A stretch of DNA of 64,000 bases from Squalus acanthias (GCA_030390025.1 CM059431.1:129830001-129894000), one strand, 5' to 3'; positions 50,401 through 64,000 are shown, counted from the stretch's first letter. Made by a program: numbers and translations. The notes: a model not told the origin generated them from the sequence alone.

Positions 50401-50824
50401 CCGAGGAATTCTCCTGGTGTCCATGCCTCAACCATCACCATTAACAAAACAGATTTACTGGTCAGTCTCAATGCTGCATGTGGGATCTTGTTTTTCGCAA
50501 ATAGGTTGCCACGTGCCTTTAGAAACAAGTGACAGCTCTTCAAAAAGCAATTCATTTGCTGTGAAATGCTGTGTCCTGAGGATGTAACTGGTGCCAAATA
50601 AATTAAAGTTTGTCCAACCTTTACTGGTATCTGAGCTATACATCAATGCAGTCTGCACCTGACATGAAAAATATTGGATTATTAAATCATTTGAATTTGT
50701 CAATGTAAAAAACATAATTAATTTTAGAACTAAATTCCTACATTCTTATCAGATAATCTGAACGAAGCAACATTGAATCAAGTGTAGAGAAAAAATGCAT
50801 TCATTCTTTACCATTTTCCTTTAG

Positions 50825-50986
50825 GTTCTGATCTTCAGGTATGCACGTCGAAGGATCCAACATGCTGCACAAGAAAGATGGAGGAGCGATACCAAGCAGC
50901 ATCTCGGCAAGATATTCAAAATTTGCTTCAAACATCCAGCTCAACTCTGAAATTTTTAATATCACGAAATGCGGCTGCTTTTCAAG
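50825..50986 (+). CDS. GPC5: Glypican-5-type gene, coding exon 2 (162 nt, phase 1-1)
   Basis: Acceptor ttttcctttag|G and donor CAAG|gtaac. Translates (G)[53 protein letters not shown], closer to GPC5 (…[19 protein letters not shown]) than to GPC3 as recalled. Not in the ORF track. Confidence 0.95.
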
Positions 50987-53900
50987 GTAACCTGTGATCT
51001 GGGTCAAATAAAGTCCTCCAAGTTTTTTTTGTCCTGCTTTTTTGTTTTTTTTATATATCTGGTAACACAACGATGTGTTCAGGCAGAGATAACTATAACA
51101 ATAGAATAAATCTCAAAGTTAATTCTGGTGATTGCTGTAAGTACAGAAAAACTTTGGAGAAATGATCAGAAACACATTTGCTAAAGCAAAATTCAGGCTT
51201 CAGAAACTCTTGCTCAAAAATGAGAGAAAGTTTTAACATTTGTGCACAATGAAGAGTCCAGTCCATTCATGGTCTGGAAGTAAACTCCACATTTAAAAGA
51301 AGTGGTGTACGAAGCTTCGCTTGGGCATCCTATGCAGACTTTATGATGAAGAATGTTGAGGTTTGGTTTGCCATAAGCAGGTCTGGTTTAAGTCTAGCAA
51401 TGTTTGTGGTACTTCATCAGTTATGATCGTTCAGAAGCTTAATAGCCTAGTCAGGTCTTTTAAGTGTTGAAGAGGGTGGACTCTGGCTTGGAGAGGTCCA
51501 TTGGTTTGCACAGCTTTTCACTAAACAGGATATTAAAATAGTCTTCAATACAATCCAAAGTCATGAAGAGTCAGATGATGAGGTTTCTCTGTAGCCAGCT
51601 GAACAGGGCTACAGTATACTACCACTCTGATTATGGAATTTGTAGAATATTGAAGTTGCCCTGGTGAGTTTCCAAACCATTTTGAAATGTCTATGTTACA
51701 GGTCAGAAAGTCTCTTCAAACCTTCTGATAGTTTTGCTCAGCTGTTGGATGATTGATTTCAGTCAATTTTCTTTTAGTAGGAAGAAACACTTTGAATTCC
51801 TAACTTCATTTTGTTTTGGTTAGTATATATGATGAATAGGTTTCAATATTTATTTAATTATTAAAAATAAAGGTTAAACCAATTCACGGAAATGATTAAT
51901 ACACCCAAATTAATTGAATGTTCCAGCATTGTTTTCACCAAATTTAGAAGTCCTGCTTTAAATATTTGGACATGTTCCAATAGTGAAGAGTTTTTGAAGT
52001 TAAGATCTTTTTATTTATTATGCCACGGAGAGTGATACGGAGAACCTTGCACTGATGTGCATAAGCATAATGCATTTAAAATGTGGTTACTTTTCTTGTC
52101 ATCATATTTTACTCCTTGTTGACAGATTTTCAAATTGTCTGCACAATTTTTGGGACCATTGTTCATTTTTCAAGTTCTAACTTTATTTTAACATATATGG
52201 ATTGAATACAAAACAGTTGCATGACTGAAAATTAAATAAATGACGAGCAAGGAATCAGTGCAATCTTCAAACGATACGCTGATTGAACTTTATCATACTT
52301 TGTGAAGTCTTTTTGAGGTTACAAAATTTTATTTTTCAAGTTATTTCTAAGCCTTCCCCATTTCCTAGTCTCTTCAAGGGAGCAGGGATGAGTTCTCCCC
52401 CTCATTGAGCAGATAAAGGCAAACTCTGGGCCTTAAGAGTGACTGAACCTGACAAAACTATATAGAATAACCAGCTTCTCCATTTCACTACCTAAGATCT
52501 TCCAAAGGTTGCAAGTTTAAGTGTTCCAATATGGAGGTATGACTCTAGCCAGATCTGAGAATTGCACCACAACTTGGTCAGGATTTGGCTTCAAGTACCA
52601 TGGGGTAATTGTAACTTCCAAACTCATTGACCTATACAAAAGATCACGCACGCACACATGCGAGCACTTGTCAGCATATTGCTTTGCTGGACAACAACAG
52701 CTTGCAGTGGCTTACAGTAGGCATCTTTCAGAGGCATTATATCTTACTCCAGGTGTTGTGCCACAGTCCAAATATCCTATTGTGGACCTAATTCTTGTCC
52801 TGCACTATGCTCTGTTCGTTAGATGTCAAATACTAAAATAACTCCAGTGTTGCAGACTGGGTAGAGTCAAAATATTTATACACGGACCAAGTTTCAAGAC
52901 GCAGATGGATAGTTAATGAGAATGCCAGGTAATGGTGGCTGCGAAAATGCTATATCTTAAAGGCACTGTTTCACACTTGATCTGTACATTCTGGTGAGAA
53001 TGCTTTTATGAGACAATTCAGCACTACAACAAAAAGTAGGCATTTGGAAAAAATAGCGAGGACACTGTTGCTAAAATGTTCTTGTACATGAAGGCAGGAG
53101 TATTCCTTAAAAGGGGAGCACAGGCATTTGGTTACATCTTGTGCTAGCACCTGACACACCAGACCCCTCTGCTTTAGTAGAGTTAGAGAAGCTTTTTCTC
53201 CATTATTCATTGCCTCCTTCCTGTGCCGGAATGCCTTCTGGATTCTGCTCTTCTTTCTCCATGATTAGGCCTCTTGGGCAGAGCAAAGTTATGGAACATG
53301 CAGCACGCATCAATTATCTTGGAGACTCTGGGGAAACTGTACTATAATGTGCCCCTGATCTGTCCAGATATCTGAACAGATGCCAGTGGTATGCTCAATA
53401 AAGATCGTGTAGATTATATCGTAAGCCAAAGTCTTGTACAGCATTTATTTTACAGCTTTCCAAAATCTAGGACACCAGGCGAGGGTTACGAACTATCCCG
53501 TAAACTAACTACAATTATGTGGGTTTCTGTTTAACCCATGGGACACAGAATTACCCCAAGTAATTGAGGCGGGCTGTTTTAGATCCTAACATGAGAAAAA
53601 TATCTGAGTAAAAGATCCAAAAATGTATTGCTCACTTTTGCAAGAAAATCTGGAACGGAGAAAATGAAGATTAACTAATGCTGTATTTGCATATATAGTG
53701 CTCGATTTTTTAACTCAGCCTGCCTGGCAGAAACCAGGCGGTGCGGGGTGCAATTAAGGTTGTGTGTATTTGCAACACCAAAGTTCTGATTGGTCCCCTT
53801 GGATGACAAGAACTGATTGCTGATTGGTCCCCTTGGAGGACAAGACACACCCAGCAGTTTCTCTGGAATAGAGTCATAGTTATACAGCACAGAAAGAGGC

Positions 53901-54473
53901 CCTTCGGCCCATCGTGTCCGCGCCGGCCATCAAGCCCTGTCTATTCTAATCCCATTTTCCAGCACTTGGTCCGTAACCTTGTATGATGTGGCGTTTCAAG
54001 TGCTCATCTAAATGCTTCTTGAATGTTGTGAGGGTTCCTGCCTCTACCACCCTTTCAGGCAGTGAGTTCCAGATTCCAACCACCCTCTGGGTGAAAAAGT
54101 TGTTCCTCAAATCCCCTCTAAACCTCCTGCCCCTTACCTTGAATCTATGCCCCCTGGTTATTGACCCCTCTACTAAGGGGAAAAGTTCCTTTCTATCTAC
54201 CCTATCTATGCCCCTCATAATTTTGTACACCTCAATCAGGTCCCCCCTCAGCCTTCTCTGCTCGAAGGAAAACAACCCCAGCCTGTCCAGTCTCTCTTCA
54301 TAGCTGAAGCGCTCCAGCCTAGGTAACGTCCTGGTGCAGCTCCTCTGCACCCTCTCCAATGCAATCACATCCTTCCTATAGTGTGGCGACCAGAACTGCG
54401 CACAGTATTCGAACTGTGGCCTAACTAGCGTTTTGTACAGCTCCATCATAACCTCCCTGCTCTTATATTCTAT

Positions 54474-54766
54474 AAAAGTGAGAAGTCGCACAACACCAGG
54501 TTATAGTCCAACAGTTTTATTTGAAATCACAAGCTTTCGGAGCTGCTGCTCCTTCGTCAGGTGAAGTGAAGGAATACAGATCGGCAAAGCATATATAGAC
54601 AGAGAACAATGCCTGTGCAGCGTACAATGTCAGACGACTACAGTTAATCTTTCTGACTGCCTTTTATCACACCTCGGCAGAGAGACAATCAGATCAGTCA
54701 GGAAGACATTATATCAAAGACATAGCAAAATACAACTAGGACAATGAGGTGGGGGTCACAGGGTCA
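54474..54766 (-). mobile_element. PLE 3'-end insertion (293 bp) with canonical hammerhead core (54527-54564)
   Basis: Homologous to about 9631-9920. 12-bp TSD cttatattctat (54462-54473, 54767-54778). - strand tcac-CTGACGA-a-ggag-cagcag-ctcc-GAAA-gctt-gtga. Confidence 0.88.
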
Positions 54767-56560
54767 CTTATATTCTATGCCTCGGCTAATGAAGGCAAGT
54801 ATCCCATATGCCTTTTTAACCATCTTATCCACCTGTCCTGCTGCCTTCAGGATCTATGTACATGCACACCAAGGTCCCTCTGATCCTCTGTCCTTCTTGT
54901 GGTCCTACCATTCATTGTGTATTCCCTTGCCTTGTTAGTCCTCCCAAAATGCATCGCCTCACACTTTTCAGGGTTAAATTCCTTTTGCCACTGTTCTGCC
55001 CATCTAACCAGCTCATCTATATCGTCCTGTAGCCTGAGGCTTCCCTCCTCGCTATTTACCACTCCACCAATTTTCGTGTCATCTGCAAACTTACTGATCA
55101 TACCTCCTACATTCATATCTAAATCATTAATGTACACTACAAACAGCAAAGGACCCAGCTCCGATCCCTGTGGTACATTACTGGACACAGGCTTCCAGTC
55201 ACGAAAACAACCTTCGACCATCACCCTCTGCCTCTTGCCACTAACCCAATTTTGGATCCAATGTGCCAAATTGCCCTGGATCCCATGGGCTCTTACCTTC
55301 TTGACATGTCTCCCATGCGGAACTTTGTCAAAAGTCTTACTGAAGTCCATGTAGACTACATCAACTGCACTACCCTCATCCACACACATAGTCACCCCCT
55401 CTCAAAATTCAATCAAATTGGTTAGACATGATCTCCCCCTGACAAAGCCATGCTGACTATCCTTGCCTCTCCAAGTGGAGACTAATTCTGTCCCTCAGAA
55501 TTTTTTCCAATAATTTCCCTACCACTGATGTTAGGCTCACTGGCCTGTAATTCCCTGGTTTATCCCTACTACCCTTCTTGAATAATGGTACTACGTTAGC
55601 TGTGGCCAGAGAGGTTCTGAAAATTTGTGTCAGAGCCCCTGTAATCTCCTCCCTTGCCTCACACAGCAGCCTGGGATACATCTCGTCTGGGCCTGGGGAT
55701 TTATCCACTTTTAAGCCCGCTAAAACCGTTAGTACCTCCTACCTCCTCAATACTAATTTGTTCAAGTATATCACAATCCCCCTGCCTGATTTCTATGCCT
55801 ACATCGTCCTTCTCCATAGTGAACACAGATGCAAAATATTCATTTAAAACCTCACCCACATCTTCCGGCTCTACACACAGATTGCCACTTTGGTCCCTAA
55901 TGGGCCCTAATCTTTCCCTGGTTATTCTCTTGCCCTTAATATACTTATAAAACACCTTGGGATTTTCCTTTTATTTTGCCCGCCAGTGTTTTTTCATGCT
56001 CCCTCTTCGCTCTCCTAATTTCTCTTTTAAGTACCCCCCTGCACTTTCTATACTTCTCTGGGGCTTCCACTGTTTTTAGTCCTTTGTATCTGCCAAAAGC
56101 CTCCCTTTTTTTCCTAATCCATTCTCGTATATCCCTTGACATCCAGGGTTCCCTGGGCTTGTTGGGAAAATGTTGGCGTTGTACTCTCTCTATTTCCTTT
56201 CTGAAAGACTCCCACTGCTCTGATGTGGATTTTCCTACTAGTAACTGATCCCAGTCCACTTTGGCCAGATCCTGCCTTATCATATTAAAATCGGCCTTCC
56301 CCCAATTTAGAACCTTTATTTCCGGTCCATCTTTGTCCTTTTCCATGACTACCTTAAATCTCACCGAATTATGGTCACCGTCACCAAAATGCTCTCCTAC
56401 TGACACTTCTACCACTTTTCCGGTTACATTGCCTAGAATTAGGTCCAGTACTGCCCCCTCTTGTCGGACTTTCTACATGCTGGCTCAAAAAGCTCTCCTG
56501 GATGCACTTTAAGAATTCCGCACCCTCTGAGCCTTTCACACTCTGACTATTCCAGTTAAT

Positions 56561-57311
56561 GGCCCAGAAATTGATCTCGCTCTGTTCCCGCGGGGGTAAG
56601 CCTTCCCCGCGATGTCTCACCTCGCTTATGCTTTTTCTGATCCAGCTCGCACGAACTTGATGTTCCAGACATCAGCTGTGCTGGGCTTGCGTATCCCAGC
56701 GGCGTAGTTAATTCGTGCGAGCTGTGGGATCACGTGACTCAGTTAGAGCCAATGGCAGCACACCATCTTCCATTCATAAGTCTCACAGCATGGCTGTGAG
56801 ACTTATGAATCTTACACCCCCCAAAATAACAGCTAAACCTCAATTAAATTAAAAAAAAAAACCATCACATTAATAAAATAAGTATAGTTAATTAAATTAA
56901 CCATTTTAAAAAAAAATTAAATTTTTGAAAAAATTTAAAATCTTTTAACAAGTTATAAAAATAAACTTACCTTTCTTTAAAGTCTCTAAAAAAGATAAAC
57001 CTGTAAAAAAAAAAAAAAAAAAAAATTCAAAAAAATACTTAATTCACTACTTACCTTCTTAAAAGCGGGTCTTACTCCTCTTTACATTTCCAAAATCTTC
57101 CCTACTTACCTGCGCGTCCAAAGCATGAAGTGCACAGCGTGCGCGCAGCCTGTAGCGCGCACGCGATGCACCCAGGCCCCGCCCCCTTTTCAGAAGAGCA
57201 ATTGCCGGTTTTCAGCGCATGCGCAGGGCATGCAGAAAACCGGCAATTGGAGTGGGAATACGCGAGAGTATGCAGTGCGTACTCTCGCGTCCCGGGATCA
57301 ATTTTCGGCCC
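56561..57311. mobile_element. 751-bp Harbinger-type MITE with internal palindromes
   Basis: TIRs GGCCCAGAAATTGATCTCG / CGGGATCAATTTTCGGCCC; 3-bp flanks aat/att; interrupts CR1 cleanly. Confidence 0.85.
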
Positions 57312-58159
57312 ATTATTGGGGAAGTTGAAATCCCCTACTATTATTACCCTATTATTTCTACACTTCTCTGAGATTTGCCTACATATCTGTTCCTCTATCT
57401 TCCCCTGACTGTTGGGGGCCTATAGTACACTCCCAGCAAAGTGCTTGCCCCCTTTTTGTTTTGAAGTTCTACCCATATGGCCTCATTAGAGGAACCTGCT
57501 AAGATATCATCCCTCCTTACAGCAGTAATTGACTCCTTGATTAATATTGCGACACCCCCTCCTCTTTTACACCCCCCCCCCCCCCTTCTGTCTCGCCTGA
57601 AGATTCTATACCCCGGAATATTGAGCTGCCAGTCCTGCTGTCCTAATGTGTAATTAGATCCTCCCTACCAAAGTAATCAATTACTTTGCAAAGTGTAATT
57701 CGAGCCATTCTGACTGCCTTCTCCAGACAGAACAGAGCTCACTTGGTACAGACAGGGCTCACCCTCACGGGTTAAGACCTTCTCCCACCCCCCAAACAAG
57801 TTCCTGCCCTCACCGCCCAAGCTCCTGACCTTCCCTCCCCCCCCCCCCCCCCCCAAGTTTCTAACCTACTCCCCGCCACCCAAGTTCCTGACCTCCACCA
57901 ATCTCCGCCCCCCCCCCCCCCCCCCCCCTCCGTAGATGGGACATTGTGTGTGGGTCACGGCTTGTTAACAGGTTTATTGGATATGAAGTGAATAGTGACA
58001 TTGGACTGGACAAAATTTGGAAGTCATGACAATGATGTCACTTGCCACACATGCACCGAGATTTCCGAGAAATCAACAAGGTCAAGAGGGAGGAGAGGGA
58101 GACCGTGGTGCGGGTGTAAAGGGGGTGGGGTTGGAAGAACATAATCGCCTAACCAGCTG

Positions 58160-58620
58160 GATCACATTCTTGCTCTCATTCCCCCCGCCCCCCACCCCAC
58201 CCCCAGACCTGGATCATGTTCTTCCCTCATCACCACTATTCTCCGTGCTCTTTCGCAGCCCCCGCCACCCTTCACTACCCCCAGGGTTCCTGACCTTCTC
58301 TGCCCTCCGATCCTCTCTTCTCCCCCTCCTCTCTCCCTCCTCCGTTCCCTCCCCTCCGATCTCTTTCACCTGCCTCGATCCTCTCTTTTATTCCCCCCTC
58401 TGATCCTCTCTTTCTCTCCCCCCTCCGATCCTCTCTTTCTCTCCCTCGTCAAATCCTCTTTTTCTCTATCCCCTATTCTCTCTCCCCATCTCTCTGTCTC
58501 CCCGCGCGCTCTGTCTCCCCCCCCCCCCCCCCCCCCCCCTCCTCGTCGCTTGCGCCCTCCACCATCCTCTCTTGTCTCACGCTCCCCCTCTCCCCGATCC
58601 CTCCCTCTCGCGTTCCCTCC
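58160..58620 (+). repeat. Pyrimidine-rich (C/T) low-complexity tract with repeated cgatcctctct units
   Basis: Directly visible; poly-C runs also at about 57835 and 57907. Confidence 0.85.
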
Positions 58621-61146
58621 AAACAAACTGACTGGACTCCAAAACTCTCTGAAAGCCTTGTTCTACAGACCTAAGTTAAGAAATGGGAAAAATGATTTTA
58701 AATCTGTATTTTAAAATGAGAAGATGTTAAAATGAATGCCAACATTTTATCAACAAAATAGTCGCACAGTACATCATACCACGTATACTTGGAGCATCAG
58801 AAGTAACGAGGAGGTGGAGGCTGTTTGCCTTATAGCTTAATGCAGATTTCAGTCTTCTCTATCCTTTGTTCTCTCTGAGCAGTATCCAAGGAGTAAGGAA
58901 CAGAACCCAAAACAACTGTTGTATTTACTTTAGAGGTTGTTGTGCTTTCGATACTATTGATCCCAAACTGATTTAAATATTTAGATTTGCATATTGGGGT
59001 GCAACAAGTAATCCATTTGTTACGCACATGCATTGAGCAATTCTGGACACTTGGATTTATATATTGATTACACATTCATTAAAAAAGGGGAGACAGCAAG
59101 CAGGGTTAATTACATACAAATTTGGGCATTTTGGTCAGGATGAAGACAAGGGTAGTCTTGTGAAAAAGACTACCATTATGTATACCTTTTGATTTAAATG
59201 TTAAATGTTGGATCAGTCCCAGTTTATAAAGTGCCATCATGTTTAATGATGGTAAAAAGCTACTCTATCTTCTGACATAGATTCTCAGCAGTACCAACAA
59301 CTTTAGTCCATCATCAATGTAAGTATGAATTATTGAAGAAATATAAATTATTATGCTTTTTCTTTTTTAATCTGACATCTGAATTGTATTTGAACTGCTT
59401 GTAAAATGGTTTAGGACTTGTATTGTGCTTTGTGTTCTAAGCACAGGTAACCATGGCTTTTCAAGTTCTTTCAGTCCCTGAGCAATTGTAGCCTCAAGTA
59501 CAGGAAAATAGTTTTCAGTTTGCATGAACTTGACATCCATTTGGGAGATAGGCGTACATCACTTTTATCCCAGATATAATCGTTACTGCAGCATTGAGGA
59601 TTGAACCCATTATAACTAATTAAATCTCAGACAATGCCTGCACTATGTAAGCATTATTAATAATAGCAGCACTTGTACCACAACAGCAGTACACAGGTCA
59701 CTGGTACACATGCCCTTTGCAACGCTAGCTTTCTGTTCCAACAAAGATTATTTCTTTTGTTTGCTTATCAGATTCTGTTAAGGAATTAATTAATCCATTT
59801 ATTTTAGTTTGTGTTTTGTCGGGTAATAGTTTAGCATTTTGCATGTCCTATGTTACAGATAAAATATATCTGCAGATCTGGTGTTGCAAATCTAATTATT
59901 TTCCATCTTCTCAGTCATAAAATCACTATACCTTCAGTTGTTATATCATGTGACATCTTTCAATGGAAATGACTGCACCAGAAAGATAAGAAAAGCAGTT
60001 GCAATATACCTAGCATATCTTCCATGATATTGCTGATAGTAAGTTGGAGGCTTTATAAGTACAGATATTATGCTGGGTAATGTTACCAGACACACACATC
60101 AGTGTTGGGGGTGATGCTGAGATCTAGGAGCACTGGGAAGGGAGCCCAAGTATAGCAGTCTTGAGATAGGGGCAGGTTCTAGCAGAACTTGGAGGGTGGG
60201 GGAGGGAGGCGGCGGGGTCCAAGTGTCTGGGAGTACTGGGAGGGATATTCTGGAAATACAGGGGAAGGTTCAGGGATCACTGAGAGGGAAAGGTCTGTAG
60301 GTCTAGTAGCATTGTTGGTGGGTCGGGGTGGGGATGGTTGTACTGGTGTCAGGAAGCCTTGGAAATGTCATTCAGGCATTTGTAAGCACTGAGGAGCTCT
60401 TAGGATCTGGGATTGGAGGGTGAGGCCCAGCAGGATCGGAAAGAGGGTTTTGGAGCATTGATGGGGGCACAGTCTGGTAGTATTGGGAGGGATTGCTGGG
60501 ATATGGCAGTATTGGTGGGAACTAACCTTGCTGGAGAAGGGAGACCCAGGAAAATCTGCCATTAGGCCCTTTTGGGACCAGACGCCGATCCTCCCTACCT
60601 CATCACGTTCCCGCCTGTCGGAACCCTTTTGTGGACACGGGTACCTCCTTTCCTAACTGTCCCAATCTTTATGTTCCTGCCTTAAAGCATTTAAGAGTAA
60701 GTTTTCTGCTTCAGCACTCTTTGGCTAGATTAAGGGACCAAAAATCAGGGCAGAGGGTACGCAATTTCCCAATATGTGCTCTTGATGCAGAATTGGAAAA
60801 TTTACTCTTTTTAGTGCAGGGTTAAATTTTGCCAACTTAACAACACATGCTTGGACTGCATGGATGTGGTTGGAAGCTCTTCAGTGTTATCTCTCAGAAA
60901 ACTGTTTCACAGGGAAGAAGAGGTAGCCTTCAAGCTGCCTGTGAAATGAGCAATTTTTGGAGGCAAAATCTCTGAAGTTGCCTGTGCAAGTCAATGTTCT
61001 TGAGTGTGACTGCACTGGCCCCTCTGGGAAAGAATTCTGACACGCTTTCTGGTGACTTCTGAATACTGGACACCAGGGACTAACCGACAGCCCTGATATT
61101 AAACGTCCAAATAGGGTGAAAATGTGGGAAACAAAGCAGAGATTGT

Positions 61147-61779
61147 GGCCTTGATATTAACCTCCACACAATGGTCATGGGGGCAGGGAAGTGGTTAAAG
61201 AGGTAAATGCAGGGAATGCAATCTCAACACACTGCACATGCTCCTGCCGCCTCGAGTGTCCCATTTCATGAACATATTTAAATCTGACCCCCACAGAGAT
61301 TTTGGAAGCCCATTTTAAAATTGACTGCTGCTGCTGCGTGGGTTTCCAAGGGGTCAAGAAAACCAGCAGTGAAAGGGAGGCAGGAGCTACTGGCTCCACA
61401 ATGTAAGTGCCTTTTCCAGCACTCCTTCTGGCCAGGAGGAGCAACAGTGCTCCCCACAGCCCCTCAAGGAAGCATTTGGCCACCCCCAGCCCCAATCACC
61501 AACCTCTCTTTCCCCCCGCCCCCCCATGATTATGGGCTCTCTTCCCCCGTGCCCTCCCGATTGGCAGGCCTTTCCAACCTCCTGATTGTGTCCCGGCTGC
61601 GGCCTTCTGCCGCTGGTGTTCTCTCTCGCCCGTCAGCCAGGCTGCCTGGGTGGGAAACGGAGTCAAAGTTTTTTTAATGAGGTCTTGCCGTTAATGTCAT
61701 CAGGACCTCCGTCTTGCTGGGTTCTCCGGTTGTTTTCGGCCTCACCTGCACCATCCCGCCTCCTGCAAATATCGGGGCT
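61147..61779. mobile_element. Harbinger-like MITE, degenerate
   Basis: Ends ggccttgatatt / aatatcggggct. Confidence 0.55.
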
Positions 61780-62189
61780 AGTATTTCCCTTTATAGTTAT
61801 TTAATTTACATTTGTCTGCCCACATATGGATGGGTGCCTGTTATGCTGCCAGGCCTGATCTCTGCGAAAAGGGTAAAAGGAGGCAGAGTAGAGTGCATGC
61901 TTTGGCATGTTTCCACCTCCACATTAGCCACAGATCCACTGGGAATCTGATGGGATGAGGCTGAACAGCCTGGGCCATTAAGTCCTGCATACTGCGTGCA
62001 CTTTTATAAATGTCACACTTCCAGTAACACTTTTCAGACATGCTTCGCTGTTGTGATTAAACTTACCGATTCATTTTACTTACCTCTGAATGGTCCATGC
62101 TTTGTCTTCATGTTAGTTGGTGTTCTCCCAAAATTGAGCATTGTGATTCAGTCCTGGCTGCTTTCTCCTCCAGCTCATTGCCCCCTCTT

Positions 62190-62860
62190 TTTTAATTCAT
62201 TCATGGGATGTGGGTGTCGCTGGCAAGGCCAGCATTTATTGCCCATCCCTAATTGCCCTCAAAGGTGGTGGTGAGTCACCTTGAACCGCTGCGGTCCTTG
62301 TGGTGAAGGTACTCCCACAGTGTTGTTGGGGAGGGAATTCCAGGATTTTGACCCAGTGACAATGCAGGAATGGCGACATATTTCCAAGTCAGGATGGTGT
62401 GTAACTTGGAGGGGAACTTGCAGGTGATGGCGTTCCCATGTGCCTGCTGCCCTTGTCCTCCTAGGTGGTAGAGATCGCGGGTTTGGGAGGTGCTGTCGAA
62501 GAAGCCTTGGCGAGTTGCTGCAGTGCATTTTGCAGATAGTACATACTGCAGCCCCGGTGCACCGGTGGTGGAGGGAGTGAATGTTTAAGGTGGTGGATGG
62601 GGTGCCGATCAAGTGGGCTGCTTTGTCCTGGATAGTGTCAAGCTTCTTGAGTGTTGTTGGAGCTGCACTCATCCAGGCAAGTAGAGAATATTCATAACAC
62701 TCCTGACTTGTGCCTTGTAGATGGTGGAAAGGCTTTGGGGAGCCAGGAGGTGAGACACTCGCCGCAGAATACCCAGCTTCTGACCTGGTCTTGTAGCCAC
62801 AGTATTTATGTGGCTGGTCCAGTTAAGTTTCTGGTCAATGGCGACCCCCCAGGATGTTGC
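62190..62860 (-). mobile_element. CR1-group LINE (second family) 3' fragment
   Basis: MSAAPTTLKKLDTIQDKAAHLIG…SKSWNSLP. Confidence 0.85.
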
Positions 62861-62864
62861 TGGT

Positions 62865-64000
62865 ATTAATCAACAAATAACACGAGCTTGTAATAAAGGT
62901 AATACAATGACCATGGGTGACTTTAATCTTCATATAGACTGGGCAAATCAAATTGGCAAAGCCAGTCTGGAGGACGAGTTCATGGAATGCATTCTAGACA
63001 ATTTCCTGGAGCAATACATCCTGGAACCAATCAGGGAACAGGATATGTTAATCTCAGTAAAGGATCCTTTCGGGAAGAGTGATCATATGATAAATTTTCA
63101 CATCGAGTTTGACAGTAAAATACTTCAGTCGGAAACGAGAGTCTTAAACTTAAATAAAGATAATTACCGAGGTATGAGGGGCGAGTTAGCTAAGGTAGAT
63201 TGGGGAATTAGATTTAAAAGGTATGACGGTAGAAAAGCAGTGGCATACATTTAAAGAAATATTCCAAAATTCTCAACAAATATACATTCCATTGAGAAAT
63301 ATAAACTCCACGGGGAAAGTGATCCATCCGTGGCTAACTAAAGAAGTTAAGGATAGTATTAGGTTAAAAGCAAAGTCTTATAATGTTGCGAAGAATAGTA
63401 GTAAGCCTGAGGAATAGGAGAGCATTAGAAACCAGCAAAGGATGACCAAAAAATTGATGAGGGAGAAAATAGAATGAGGATAAATTCGCAAAAAATATAA
63501 AAACAGAGTGTAAGAACTTCTACAAGTGTGTAAAAAGGAAGAGAGTAGGTGAAATTATAATGGGGAATAAGGAAATGGCAGAGACTTTAAACAAGCATTT
63601 TTGTATCTGTCTTCACAGTAGAAGACACAAAAAGTATACCAAACATAGTGGGAAACCAAGGGGCTAATAAGAGTGAGGAACTTAAAGTAATTAATATCAG
63701 TTTCTCAAGTACTTTTTCTCTACTAATGGGACTAAAAGCCAACAAATCCCCTAGAACTGATGGCCTACATGTGAGGGTTCTAAAGGAGGTGGCTGCAGAG
63801 ATAGTGGATGCATTGGCTGTGATTTTCCAAAATTCCTTAGATTCTAGAACAGTCCTAGCAGATTGGAACGTAGCAAATGTAACCGCGCAATTCAAGAAAG
63901 GAGGGAGAGAGAAAACCAGGAACTACAGGCCAGTTAGCCTGACATCAGTCGTTGGGAAAATGCTGGAATCCGATATGAAGGATGTGCGAACAGGGCACTT
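62865..64000 (+). mobile_element. CR1 ORF2 fragment running off the window end
   Basis: MGDFNLHIDW…FLEQYILEP, GKSDH, PWLTKEVK, aactacaggccagttagcctgac (NYRPVSL). Confidence 0.9.

Larger units (their letters stand above)
53868..57640 (-). mobile_element. CR1 LINE ORF2 (APE-RT) with nested PLE fragment and MITE
   Basis: YKTLVRPQFEYCAQFWSPH, DFSKTFDKVPH…FADDTK, DKSPGPD…NYRPVSLTS. Confidence 0.92.

Noticed and set aside
53786..53838. 18-bp direct repeat ctgattggtccccttgga (two CCAAT boxes)
   Set aside because: Next to a MITE-like fragment and the CR1 3' end; no other promoter evidence.
57437..57447. caaagtgctt resembling the miR-17 5' end
   Set aside because: Only 10 nt match, inside CR1 coding sequence, no hairpin.

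Overview
Vertebrate genomic DNA, very probably a cartilaginous fish (shark): it carries HE1/V-SINE-like and SacSINE1/DeuSINE-like SINEs, plus CR1, L2 and Penelope families of the kind typical of elasmobranchs. The only host gene recognised is the 5' part of a glypican-5 (GPC5)-type gene on the + strand: coding exon 1 at 14815-14977, a 35.8-kb intron 1, exon 2 at 50825-50986, then intron 2 to the window end. Most of the rest is transposable-element sequence. (1) Two PIF/Harbinger elements with 3-exon Myb/SANT genes and a family of related MITEs that appear to share a target-site preference and a subterminal motif. (2) A young Penelope-like retroelement (RT + GIY-YIG) with 698-bp inverted arms and minimal hammerhead-ribozyme motifs, plus several TSD-flanked mini-insertions of its 3' end, one only 26 bp long. 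(3) A head-to-tail pair of Tx1-type LINE 3' fragments sharing one 14-bp target sequence. (4) Three pogo/Tigger-like MITEs and many CR1, L2 and RTE fragments. Family names come from motif recognition only; no database searches were run, and boundaries of old repeats are approximate.
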